Shown in pieces: positions 9,250 to 18,804 of a stretch of DNA of 28,823 bases (the first letter of the stretch is position 1; the number at the start of each line of letters is the position of its first letter). Under the pieces are notes generated by a model. It saw nothing but the letters and a program-made list of their open reading frames with translations. It had not been told where the DNA came from and did no database searches. The position numbers and the translations under genes were made by a program. This DNA comes from Octopus sinensis (Eukaryota): positions 1 to 28,823 of the forward strand of contig NW_021834106.1 in assembly GCF_006345805.1 (NCBI RefSeq), written 5' to 3'.

Positions 9250-9461
9250 GGCAGAATCGTTAAGCACACAGAGCAAAAATGCTTCGCAGTATTCCGCCCG
9301 TCTTTACGGTTTGAGTTCAAATTCCGTCGAGGTCGATTTACCTTTCACCCCTTCCGGAGTCGATAAAATAAGTACCAGTTGAACACTGGGATCGATGTAA
9401 TCTACTTACTCACTCCCCATCTGAACTTGCTGGCCTTGTGCCAAAATTTGAAACCAAGATT
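9250..9461 (+). mobile_element. SINE family D
   Basis: TGGCAGAATCGTTAAGCAC...GAGTTCAAATTCC..GAGGTCGA...GATAAAATAAGTACCAG...GGCCTTGTGCCAAAATTTGAAACC. Confidence 0.9.
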
Positions 9462-9525
9462 AGTCATTTTGTTCATGTATATTCGTCATTATTTTAGACA
9501 TTTTATTCAATTTTAGAAACATTGA

Positions 9526-9852
9526 GTGAAGGCGCGTAGCTTAGTGGTTAGGGCATTCGGCTCACAATTGTAAGGTCGTGAGTTCAATTTCCGGCGACAC
9601 TTTGGGTCCTTGAGCAAGACACTTTATTTCACGTTGCTCCAGTCCACTCAGCTGGCAAAAATGAGTAGTGCTTGCATTTCAAAGGGGCCAGCTTTGTCAC
9701 ACTCTGTGTCACGCTGAATTTACCCCGAGAACTACGTTAAGGGTACACGTGTCTGTGGAGTGCTCAGCCACTTGCACGTTAATTTCACGAGCAGGCTATT
9801 CTGCTGATCGTATCAGCTGGGACCCTCGTCGTCGTAACCAACGGAGTGCTCC
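9526..9852 (+). mobile_element. tRNA-derived CORE-type SINE family B, full length with 12-bp TSD
   Basis: A-box TAGCTTAGTGG, B-box GAGTTCAATTTCC, CORE-like GTCCTTGAGCAAGACACTTT...GCTCCAGTCCACTCAG. TSD TAGAAACATTGA at 9514-9525 and 9853-9864. Confidence 0.93.
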
Positions 9853-9904
9853 TAGAAACATTGAAGCATGCCTTCGACAATTTTAGGAGTGACGCTCGGC
9901 TTAT

Positions 9905-10533
9905 CTTGTATTTATTGACAAACAGAGCATACATCGTTCAAAATTAGGCCTCTAGACCCAAAAGGTTTCCGGGCAAACCAGTACGTTGGGACTTATAGCA
10001 TTTCTTAATTGACAACCCAAAGTAACATAGATCACAACTGGGCCCCTAAAACTGTGAGGCCCCTAGGAAAATCACTGCACTGGGCCCTGTAAAATTTTTT
10101 TATTGATAAGTTATAATATTCATAGATCAGAAATGGGCCCTCGCCCCATGAGGTTCCTGAGCAAATAAATGTATTGGACCCTACAGAACTTATCTATTGG
10201 CAATCCAAGCATATATTAGATTAGAATTTGGATCCTAAACCCATAAGAAACCCGCGCAAATCAATGCATTGGGCACGGCAGTATTTATTCATTGACAACA
10301 AACCACAATATACATTGATCAAAAATGGGCGCCTAAACCCATGAGGTTCTCGGACAAATCAAAGTGCTGGGGCCTAAGTATTTATTTTGTTGACAACAGC
10401 CTGGGAAAATCAATGTATTGGGTTACTATTTATTATAGTAAGCAAACCACAGCATTAATATTTGGGTTCCTGAGTCTACGAGGCCCATCTCTAACGGATA
10501 ACAACAGCCCAGTAGGCCAATAAGATGGCACTG
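9905..10533. repeat. Degenerate ~95-bp tandem array rich in GGGCCC
   Basis: Unit starts near 9935, 10029, 10124, 10218 and 10316 (periods 94-98). Recurring AGATCAxAAATGGGCCC, CCCATGAGG, AAATCAATGxATTGGG and TTTATTGACAAC. Confidence 0.8.
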
Positions 10534-10699
10534 GTCCCCTTCCACTTACCACACAGCCACCCCTGCGACTATAGCATTTTTTTTGTTTTGCTAAATTCAT
10601 CACACCGCCACAACTTACAACAATAACATCAACACTAACATAACCACCTCTAATTTGTCGAAATCATCTCTCCCTCCATCCATCCATCCATTCTGCCAG

Positions 10700-12480
10700 C
10701 CAGCCAGCACTGCTCCTACCATTACTCTACTGCCACTGCCACCACCACCACCACCACCACCACCATCAGCACCTCACTAACCCCACCTCCACCCCCAATA
10801 CTCATCCCCACCACGACTACACCCACTACAGCTGCCACCACCACCACCATCATCACTATCTCCATCACTACCTTTACCCCCACAACCACCATCACCCAAC
10901 TCCACCGCCATCACGACCATCACCATCATTACCACTATCACCACCACCTCTACTACCACTACTTTCAACTCACCACCATCACCATCACCACCATCACTGC
11001 CATCACCATTATCACCACCACCACCATCACCACCAATACATCTTCAATCTATTCATCACGACTCCGTTACTCCATAACCATACACCACACCACTACTATG
11101 AGTGACCACCATCACCGCCACCACCACCAATACAATTCCATCACCACACAAATACCGACTACATACCACTATCCACTCCAGCACACGCTCTACCACCACC
11201 ACCACCACCACCACCACCACTACCACCACTCCATCAGCGATATATCACCACCACCACAAGCACAAGTATCATTCCACCATTCAGTTCAGCAACCAGACCC
11301 CGGTATCCTCATACCATTGCTACTAGTCTTCCAACCCATACCATTGCGAACGACGCTCCATCTCCATCCCCAGCACTATCATAAACAACATCCCAGTCAG
11401 GCCCTACTACAACCGCAACCTCACCCGAACAGCACCACCTCTCACCTCCATCGCATGAAAACCCTGAACCACCAGCATAGCAGCCATTATCACCCTCCAC
11501 CCGACGTTAGCCGTCGGGTGGAGGGTGATAAGCCGCATCAGCCTCTGATGTGCTGCATTGACCAACACTCTCTACCGCACCCCGCCGATCACTTTATTCA
11601 CCGCCACCACCACCACCACCCCTGACAGCACCACCACCAGCAACAGCAAGACCATAACTACCATCACTACCACTGTCACCCATTAACACAATTACCCACC
11701 CACCACTACCACCACCATCAACCCAAAATCCCACTATCACCATTACAACCATCGCCACCACCACCATCTCTACCTCTCCTCCTCCTTCTCCTCCTCCTCC
11801 TCCTCATCATCACCTTCCTCCCAGCACCACCATCACCCACCACACACCACCGTCACCAACATCGCCGCCACCACGCATCACTACCACCCATCATCCCTAC
11901 TACCACCCATAGTCACCACCTCCACCACTACCACGATAAGCTACCACCACCATCGACACCATCGCCAGCATCACCGTCACCATCACATCTACCACTATCA
12001 CCACCACCACTACCATCACCACTACTACCACCACAAACCACCTCTACCACCACCACCACCACCATCACCAGCATCACAACAACCATTAACACTAACAACA
12101 CATCCACCACCGCCACTACCACCACCACTACTACCACCACCACCACCATCATCATCACCAGCATCACCACAACCATTAACACCAGCACATCCACCACTAT
12201 CACCACCACCTCCATCACCACCACCACCACCACCATTACAACCATCACATCCCCGACTACCACAACCGTCACCACCGTCATAAACCACTACCATTACAAC
12301 CATCACATCCACCACCATCACATACCACCACCACCACCACCACCACCACCACCACTACCACCGTCACCATTATCAAACCACCACCATTACAACCATCACA
12401 TCCACTACCACCACAGTCACCACCATCATAAGCCACCACCATTACAACCACCACACCCATCGCCCATCACCTGCGCCACC
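10700..12480. repeat. Large mixed (ACC/ATC/ACT) trinucleotide field
   Basis: Read directly; source of the poly-H/T/V/G ORFs. Confidence 0.95.
11487..11531. repeat. Perfect 20-bp hairpin, 5-nt loop
   Basis: TTATCACCCTCCACCCGACG-TTAGC-CGTCGGGTGGAGGGTGATAA. Confidence 0.95.
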
Positions 12481-13118
12481 ACCGCCCCTCTGCTGTCAAG
12501 ATCTGACAGACGCTCCATCACTTTACTTTTCCCTACTGGTCACTGAGGTCCCTTTGCTTAACAAGCTTCACTTTTGCTTCATGTTTTTATTCTTTCCCGC
12601 CCTCCTTCCAGGAATCCAGCTACCATCACCATCACCATCACCGCTGTTATTGCTGCTGTTACTGTTGTAGTTGTTGGTGCTGCTGCCTCTGCTGCTGTTG
12701 TTGCAGCTTTTGTTTATATCATTTCCTCCAAGCACCAATAAAAGGATCTCCGTTGGTTTCGTCGATGAGTATCCAGTAGTTCGGTCACCTAAATCATTTA
12801 ATTCTTCAATTAGCGCAGAATCTGTGTGACATGGTGTGTGATAGACTTAGATCTTCCAATTTCATGTACTTTCCTTCATTTCAATTTCTCGAAAAAGACT
12901 TGATTACGAGATGTCTTCTCGAGACGAATACTGCACTCTCCAGGTTTTTTGCAGCATATCTGCGTTAAGTATGATATGCAGAATGCTATTTTGAACTAAT
13001 ACCGCTTTTGTCGCTAATAACGAGTATTTATTGAATATTTCAGTAATTTAAATTACAGACATTTATGAAAAATCAAATATCTTTATTCCTTTGATGAGGC
13101 ATATTATCAAAGACATAT

Positions 13119-13493
13119 CGTCGCACTCCGTCGGTTGCGACGACGAGGGTTCCAATTGATCCAATCAACGGAACAGACTGCTCTTGAAATTAACGTGCAA
13201 GTGGCTGAGCATTCCACAGACACGCGTACCCTTAATGTAGTTCTCAGGGAGATTCAGCATGACACAGAATGTGACAAGGCTGGCCCTGTGAAATACAGGT
13301 ACAATAGAAGAAAGAGTGAGAGAAAGTTGTAGTGAAAGAGTACAGCAGGATTTGCCACCACCCCTACCGGAGGTTCGTGGAGCTTCAGGTGTTTTCACTC
13401 ACTAAACACTCACAATGCCTGGTCAGGGAATCGAAACCGCGATCCTACGACCGCGAGTCCGCTGCCCTAACCACTGGGCCATTGCGCCTCCAC
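13119..13493 (-). mobile_element. Mosaic SINE (family C head/centre + family B tail) with 13-bp TSD
   Basis: 13305-13493 matches 5300-5492 and 13123-13300 matches the tail of 9526-9852. TSD ATCAAAGACATAT at 13106-13118 and 13494-13506. Confidence 0.92.
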
Positions 13494-13619
13494 ATCAAAG
13501 ACATATATGCGCTCGATGTTATTAGTGATGCATATTTTCATAAATACGTTTGGATATATTTGAGATAAACATAACCTCATAAAATCAAATAGGTTTAAAA
13601 ATTGTAATAAAAATAAGTA

Positions 13620-14062
13620 TACCAGAAATTTTAAACTTTTTATGCAAAGTACACTAGTTTTTTTTTTGTTTTGTTTTTTTTTTCCATTTTCCATGCAAAA
13701 TACACAAGGAAATTTTATTTCTGAAGCAAATTACGTCAGGAATTTTTGTTATTTCTGAAACAAATTACGCCTGGAATTTTTAATTTCTTATGCAAAGTAC
13801 GCCAGAATGTTTTAAAACTTATGCAATTTAAGCCAGAAATGTTTATCTTTTGTTGCAAAGAACACCAGAAATTCTAAACTTTCCATGCTAGAAAATTTTC
13901 AGCATATACAATCTTCGCCAGAAAATTTAATATTCCCATGTAAAGTACATCAGAAAATTAAAAATTTCTATGCAAAGTACGTCTACGAATTTTAACTTTT
14001 CTTTTCAAACAGGGCCAAAAATTTCAAACTTTCCATGCCAAGCGCACCAAAGTGCACCAGAA
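13620..14062. repeat. Degenerate ~31-33-bp minisatellite
   Basis: Approximate consensus ATGCAAAGTACRCCAGAAATTTTAAACTTTYY, about 13 units, one poly-T interruption. Confidence 0.85.
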
Positions 14063-14136
14063 GAACTTCTGCTCTTGAGCTTCAAACTCTTCGTCGTCGT
14101 TGTTATTGCTTTCGTTGTTGTTGTTGTTGTTGTTGA

Positions 14137-14563
14137 AACTTAGCTCCAGGCCAACCCCGATTATGAAAATCTATGATAATTAAAGGCATCCCAACAACGA
14201 TCTTGTATTTTAATATATATGAAAAGCAGAAGGTGGTGAGCTGGTAGAATCGTTAAGCACACTGGGCAAAATGCTTAGTAGCAATTCGTCCACCTTTACG
14301 TTCTGAGTTCAAATTCCTCCGAGGTCGACTTTGCCTTTTATCCATCGGGATCAATAAAATAGGTGCCAGTCGAGTACCCCGACTCAATGTATTGGATTTA
14401 CGCCCTTATCTGAAATTGCTGGCCTTGTTCCAAATTTTGAAACTAATATATAAAAAGCTACATTGTTCAAAGAATCTTCCATTTTAAAGACATCATGATG
14501 CAACTTAAGAAGAACATTTAATTTCGATCTCTAGTAGTTCGAGCTGCCACGTAGAGGATTCCT
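14137..14563 (+). repeat. Repeat F copy interrupted by a SINE D insertion
   Basis: 5' part TTAGCTCCAGGCCAACCCCGAT...AAAGGCATCCCA and 3' part CTCTAGTAGTTCGAGCTGCCACGTAGAGG flank 14230-14447. Confidence 0.5.
14230..14447 (+). mobile_element. SINE family D
   Basis: GGTGGTGAGCTGGTAGAATCGTTAAGCAC...GAGTTCAAATTCC.CCGAGGTCGACTTTGCC...GGCCTTGTTCCAAATTTTGAAACT. Confidence 0.9.
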
Positions 14564-14591
14564 CATCAACTCGAATTCAGTGATGGTGTTG

Positions 14592-14958
14592 TTACCTCCG
14601 CCTTAGCGAAGTTGGAGGTATTGTTTTTCAGTGGTGTTTGTTTGCTTGTTTGTCCGTGGACAAAATATCTCAGGAACCGCTGGATAGATTCGGATGAAAC
14701 TTTCGGGTATGTTTGGCCTCGTGACTGGCACAAACTGATTAGATTTGGAGATCGATTTGGTAACTCTAGATTATTTTTCCTGTTTTTTTTTTGTTTTGCT
14801 TTTTTCACTTAATTTTTGAGAGCAGTCGGGTTCATTTTTAGCGTTCTCGTTTATGAGAGCTGTCGAGTTTATATCAGATATTCTCATTTTAAAAATCATC
14901 TCTGGCTAATCATTGAGAGGACATTGGTTGAGGTTTGCGCTCTCTAAGTGCTCTTGTT
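14592..14958 (+). mobile_element. Helentron-associated non-autonomous element (DINE-1/HINE-like)
   Basis: 5' TTACCTCCGCC with nearby inverted GGAGGTA, a (GTTT/GTCC) microsatellite and ATCTCAGGAAC as in DINE-1 core A. 3' degenerate subTIR GGTTGAGGT plus stem-loop GCGCTCTCTAAGTGC and a T-rich end; TT at both junctions. Confidence 0.75.
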
Positions 14959-14960
14959 AC

Positions 14961-15415
14961 TGTTTAGACCCAGGTCGACACTGATCAAAGATGTTTCAGC
15001 TATGACCAATCCTTATTTTTTTACCACATGCAGGGAACCGAAAACTATCATTACCCAACGTGTCCTTCTCTATGATGGTAAGGTTGGATTTGAGGAAATT
15101 TAGCTGTTATTTCTAGTAAACTGAACAATGTCCACGTAGTAGGGCGTGTGGTTTCGTTGTTGATAGCGTGTGTGGACAATGGAGGTTTATAGCGTTGTTG
15201 TTTAGCCCTAGACGAACCCTGATCAAGCAGATTTATGATTAACAGTGTCTCAGGCACGATTATCGCTTGTTTTTAATACAATGCATATTGGAGTACATTA
15301 TGGAATGTGCCCCTTTTACAAAAGAAGGGTGGAAATGGGTAAGTAAAAAAGTAGGGCATGATTTGAACGAGATTTGGCTACTATTTTTAGCGAGTCAAAC
15401 GATTACACAAGAATC
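14961..15415 (+). repeat. Two tandem degenerate copies of repeat F (14961-15143, 15199-15415)
   Basis: Both start TGTTTAGxCC and end TTTGAxxxxATTTxGCTxxTATTTxTAG. Confidence 0.65.
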
Positions 15416-15459
15416 TTTTCTCTTGGTTCGCCATTGGTGAAAGTCGACGCGGCTGCGGA

Positions 15460-15975
15460 GACAATGGTGGTGGTGGTAATAATGAAAATGATGGAGGTGA
15501 TGTCGGGGGTACAATGTGTCAAGAGAGTAGAAAGGGTCTGCCAACGGAGGGGGTGGTATTGGCGAAGATGGTGATGGTAGAGGTGGTGATGCTGATGTTA
15601 AACAGATGTGATAACCACAGTATCATGGGTGGAGGCCTCTACAGTAGTAGTAGTAGTAGTAGTAGTGGTGGTAGTGGTGGTGGTGGTGGTGGTGTGGTGG
15701 TGGTGGTGGTGGTGGTGGTGGTGGTGGTGGTGGTGGTAGCGGCGGCTCCCGGTAGTGGTTGTTATGGCACTGGTGTTAGTGGTGGTAGTGGTTGATGGTC
15801 ATAGTATGTGCTAGTGATGTGACTGTCAATTTGGCTGTGGTGGTAATGCGGCGTGGGGGGGGGGGGCGGATCGGAGAAGTGACAACAATGGTGTGGTGCT
15901 GGTGCTGATGGATAAATATGTAGGTGGTTGGAGTGCTGGTAGTGAAAACGATAGCGATATTTGATATTGACGAGC

Positions 15976-16016
<41 letters not shown>

Positions 16017-16430
16017 GGTGGTGGTGGTGGTGGTGGTGGTGGTGGTGGTGTAGTAGTAGTAGTAGCAGTAGTAGTAGTGTTGGCGGTGGTGGTGGTTGTA
16101 GTAGTAGAAATAGCAGCAGCAGCGGCGGCGGTGGCGGTGGTGGTAGTGGTGGTGGTGGTGGTGGTGGTGGTGGTGGTGGTGGTGGTGGTGGTGGTGGTGG
16201 TGGTGGTGGTGGTGGTGGTTGTGGCGGCGGCGGCGGTGGCGGTGGTGGTTTTGGTGGTAGTGGTGAAATTAGTGTTGGGTTTGGTGTTTGTGTTAGTGTT
16301 GGTATTGTTATAGGCGTTGGTGTCCATGTCGGGAATCTAGTGTCCAATGCTACTTGTGTCATTAGACGTTGTCGCATTTGCTGTTGTTGTTATTGCTCAA
16401 GATGGCTTTGCTCATGTTGCTGTTATTGTT

Positions 16431-16462
<32 letters not shown>

Positions 16463-16490
16463 AATCATCGTCGTTATTGCTGTTGTTCAA
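15460..16490. repeat. Large mixed (GGT/AGT/GGC/GTT) trinucleotide field
   Basis: Read directly; includes a 12-G run at 15855-15866; source of the poly-P/T/V ORFs. Confidence 0.95.
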
Positions 16491-16509
16491 CAACATTCTC
16501 CTTGTCCAG

Positions 16510-16590
16510 GTTCGGTCAGCTTAGTGCCCTTCAAGTTATTAGATCCGCGCGTCAGAAGCGGTTAACCTCTCTCTCGTCTGCAAGGACCTC
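16510..16590 (+). CDS. Candidate 81-nt internal exon (phase 2/2), product unknown
   Basis: Acceptor TTCTCCTTGTCCAG|G, donor CTC|GTATGT, length a multiple of 3, one open frame (FGQLSALQVIRSARQKRLTSLSSART), non-repetitive and GC-richer than its flanks. No family recognised, and the donor overlaps a common TATG repeat. Confidence 0.3.
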
Positions 16591-16639
16591 GTATGTATGA
16601 TTGCGTATCAGTGTGCATATAACTGTGCACAGATGGTGC

Positions 16640-16684
<45 letters not shown>

Positions 16685-17064
16685 GTGTGTGTGTGTGTGT
16701 GGTGTGTGTGTGTGTGTCTTTATGTATGTGTACATGTCTGTACGTAGTAACGAAACAGGCTTCAATGTCCAGCTCCAGCCAACATACAATGACTTGTTCT
16801 TAGGTGACAAGAATGATCCGTTTCTCGCACAACCCCGTGACTAACTCCGGTGCCCTGGATTTGTGACGTCCCACCTCCAAACAGTACAGTTACTCAATGT
16901 AGTTTAAATAGGATCTGCACATTTCTGCATCTAATTTGCCATTCGAGCGCTGTGAGAATATCTTAGAATGTTTGTAAAACTACAGCAGCCTGCGATTGTA
17001 ATGCGGATTCGATTCCTGACAGGGGAATTTTCTTTTGTTTAATTCTCGTATTTACTTCTATATA

Positions 17065-17227
17065 GGCGCAGGAGTGGCTGTGTGGTAATTAGCTTGATTA
17101 CCAGCCACATGGTTCCGGGTTCAGTCCCACTGCGTGGCATCTTGGGCAAGTGTCTTCTTCTATAACCTCAGGCCGATCAAAGCCTTGTGAATGGATTTGG
17201 TAGACCGAAACTGAAAGAAGCCCGTCG

Positions 17228-17255
<28 letters not shown>
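17065..17255 (+). mobile_element. SINE family A 5' half, ending in its internal (TA)n
   Basis: Matches 6183-6360. Confidence 0.92.
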
Positions 17256-17260
<5 letters not shown>

Positions 17261-17420
17261 TTGCAAGATTTTTTATGTGAAATCGTGTGTTCAGACAGAT
17301 TTTGTTGTATTTAGGAATGGTCATTTTGCCAGTTTAGCCAATAAAAACACACGCACTATATATTTGGTGTTACTTTGCTTCAGCGTTATTTATTTTTTAC
17401 ATTTATCTTAATCTTATTTC

Positions 17421-17465
17421 GGCCAGAGTTCTTTCGTCACACTCCTGTGACCTCATCAGTGGTCC
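17421..17465 (-). ncRNA. Minimal type-I hammerhead ribozyme-like motif, intact core
   Basis: GGACCA CUGAUGA G GUCACA-GGAG-UGUGAC GAAA G-AA-C U C UGGCC. All conserved core bases present, 6-bp stem II, CUC triplet, stem I CCA/UGG plus GG/CC across a bulge. Confidence 0.7.
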
Positions 17466-17646
17466 TTTGCTTTCTTCTTTCTTATTTGTGTGTCTCTCCT
17501 TACTAACGGTCAGCCATTTTGTATTTTGTATTTCTATTGTATGTGTCTTCATTTGCGCATGTGTATACCTCTATTTGTTCTAGTTCTCCCTCTAATACTT
17601 TTATAGTAAAGAAAAAATTGTTTAAAAAAAAGAAAAAGAGGAACGA

Positions 17647-17659
17647 ATTATTATTATTA

Positions 17660-17699
<40 letters not shown>

Positions 17700-17762
17700 C
17701 ATTATTATTATTATTATTATTATTATATCATTATTGTTATTGTTATTATTATTATTATTATT

Positions 17763-17797
<35 letters not shown>

Positions 17798-17805
17798 TGT
17801 CATCG

Positions 17806-17862
<57 letters not shown>

Positions 17863-17880
17863 ATATTATTATTATTATCT
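17647..17880. repeat. (ATT)n/(ATC)n microsatellite
   Basis: Read directly. Confidence 0.95.
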
Positions 17881-17886
17881 AAGTCA

Positions 17887-17995
17887 GCGCGTGCTGGCAG
17901 AACCGTTAGCACGCCGGGCGAAATGCTTCGTGGTATTTCGCCCGCCGCTACGTTCTGAGTTCAAATTCCGCCGAGTTCGACTTTACTTTTTATCC
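17887..17995 (+). mobile_element. SINE family D head, 3'-truncated
   Basis: GCTGGCAGAACCGTTAGCACGCCGGGCGAAATGC...GAGTTCAAATTCCGCCGAG.TCGACTTT. Confidence 0.9.
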
Positions 17996-18038
17996 ACTCG
18001 CTCTCTGAGTGCTCTTGTTTTATTATTGCTCGTTGTTG

Positions 18039-18800
18039 ATTCGAGACAAGCTCTACAGGCTCGGGTGTGCAGTCAGTCGGGCTTGTCCGAGATGCACGCA
18101 GAGCGATGAAACCGTTCTGCATGCTCTCGTACAGTGTCTGCGCATTGCTGACTTGTGGAGCTTTGTCGGACAGTTATTGTTCCGTGTAGGACGGATCCGG
18201 CTATCGTCCGGGTCCATTGTGAAGATCGCCCCACCACCTTCCTTTGGCCGAGAAGACAGGGCGATTTTTCTCTGTCTGGTGGCTACGGCAAAAAAGTTTG
18301 TGTAGTGGACTCAATTGAAAGAGCTGAAGACAGGTACCTTCCCCTTTGGCCCAGACCTCATTGACATTTTCAGGTTCAACCTGAAAAGAAAAGTGAGACT
18401 GGAGAGAGATGTGCCGTCACCCAGTAAGTTCGTTGAAAAGTGGGTGAATGTGGCAAGAATGACCCTCGTGAATGGGTTTACTCTAAGTGTGCGCCTGTAA
18501 GCCAGATGGAAGGGGGAAGAGAGGATGCCTTTTTGAGGAGCCATTGGTGTGAAGGGGTCCAAAGTGCGTGAGGTCTCTTTGGTCCCCTTATGGTGGTCTC
18601 CCTATTGCGGAAGCATATTTTTGATTTAATCTTTGCTAATCGTTGTGTTTGCCGTTTTACACGTATAATCTCACTGATCCTCGTCTGTGAATTGTCCCCT
18701 ATGTTTTGTGTTCGGTCCTGGTGGCCAATAAAGAATGTTTTATTATTATTATTATTATTATTATTATCATTATTATTATTATTATTATTCATTATTTTTA
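18039..18800 (+). mobile_element. Tx1/L1-clade LINE 3' end (ORF2 C-terminus, 3'UTR, TTA tail)
   Basis: Frame 18039-18500 reads IRDKLYRLG...CPRC...ETVLHALVQC (CCHC, zf-RVT-like)...V*WTQLK...KFVEKW...SVRL*, with one in-frame TAG at 18303-18305. AATAAA at 18727 and (TTA)n from 18739; 5'-truncated. Confidence 0.85.
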
Positions 18801-18804
18801 TTCA

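Noticed and set aside
9905-10480. CRISPR-like array (also 24470-24626)
   Set aside because: Eukaryotic context, repeats degenerate, spacers homologous or simple repeats, no cas genes.
12718-12822. Minus-strand open frame DSALIEELNDLGDRTTGYSSTKPTEILLLVLGGND
   Set aside because: Looks protein-like but has no start, a weak acceptor, no convincing donor, and runs into simple repeats. A tBLASTn could revive it.
14073-14097. Fifth hammerhead-like motif (minus: ACGACGA A GAGU..GCUC AAGA)
   Set aside because: Core too decayed (C3, U4 and GAAA altered) and no stem I/III; at most a relic of the 22946 family.
15287-15344. IGVHYGMCPFYKRRVEM followed by GTAAGT, reminiscent of a nuclear-receptor DBD exon
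   Set aside because: Lacks the CxxC spacing of the finger, has no good acceptor, and lies inside a repeat F copy.
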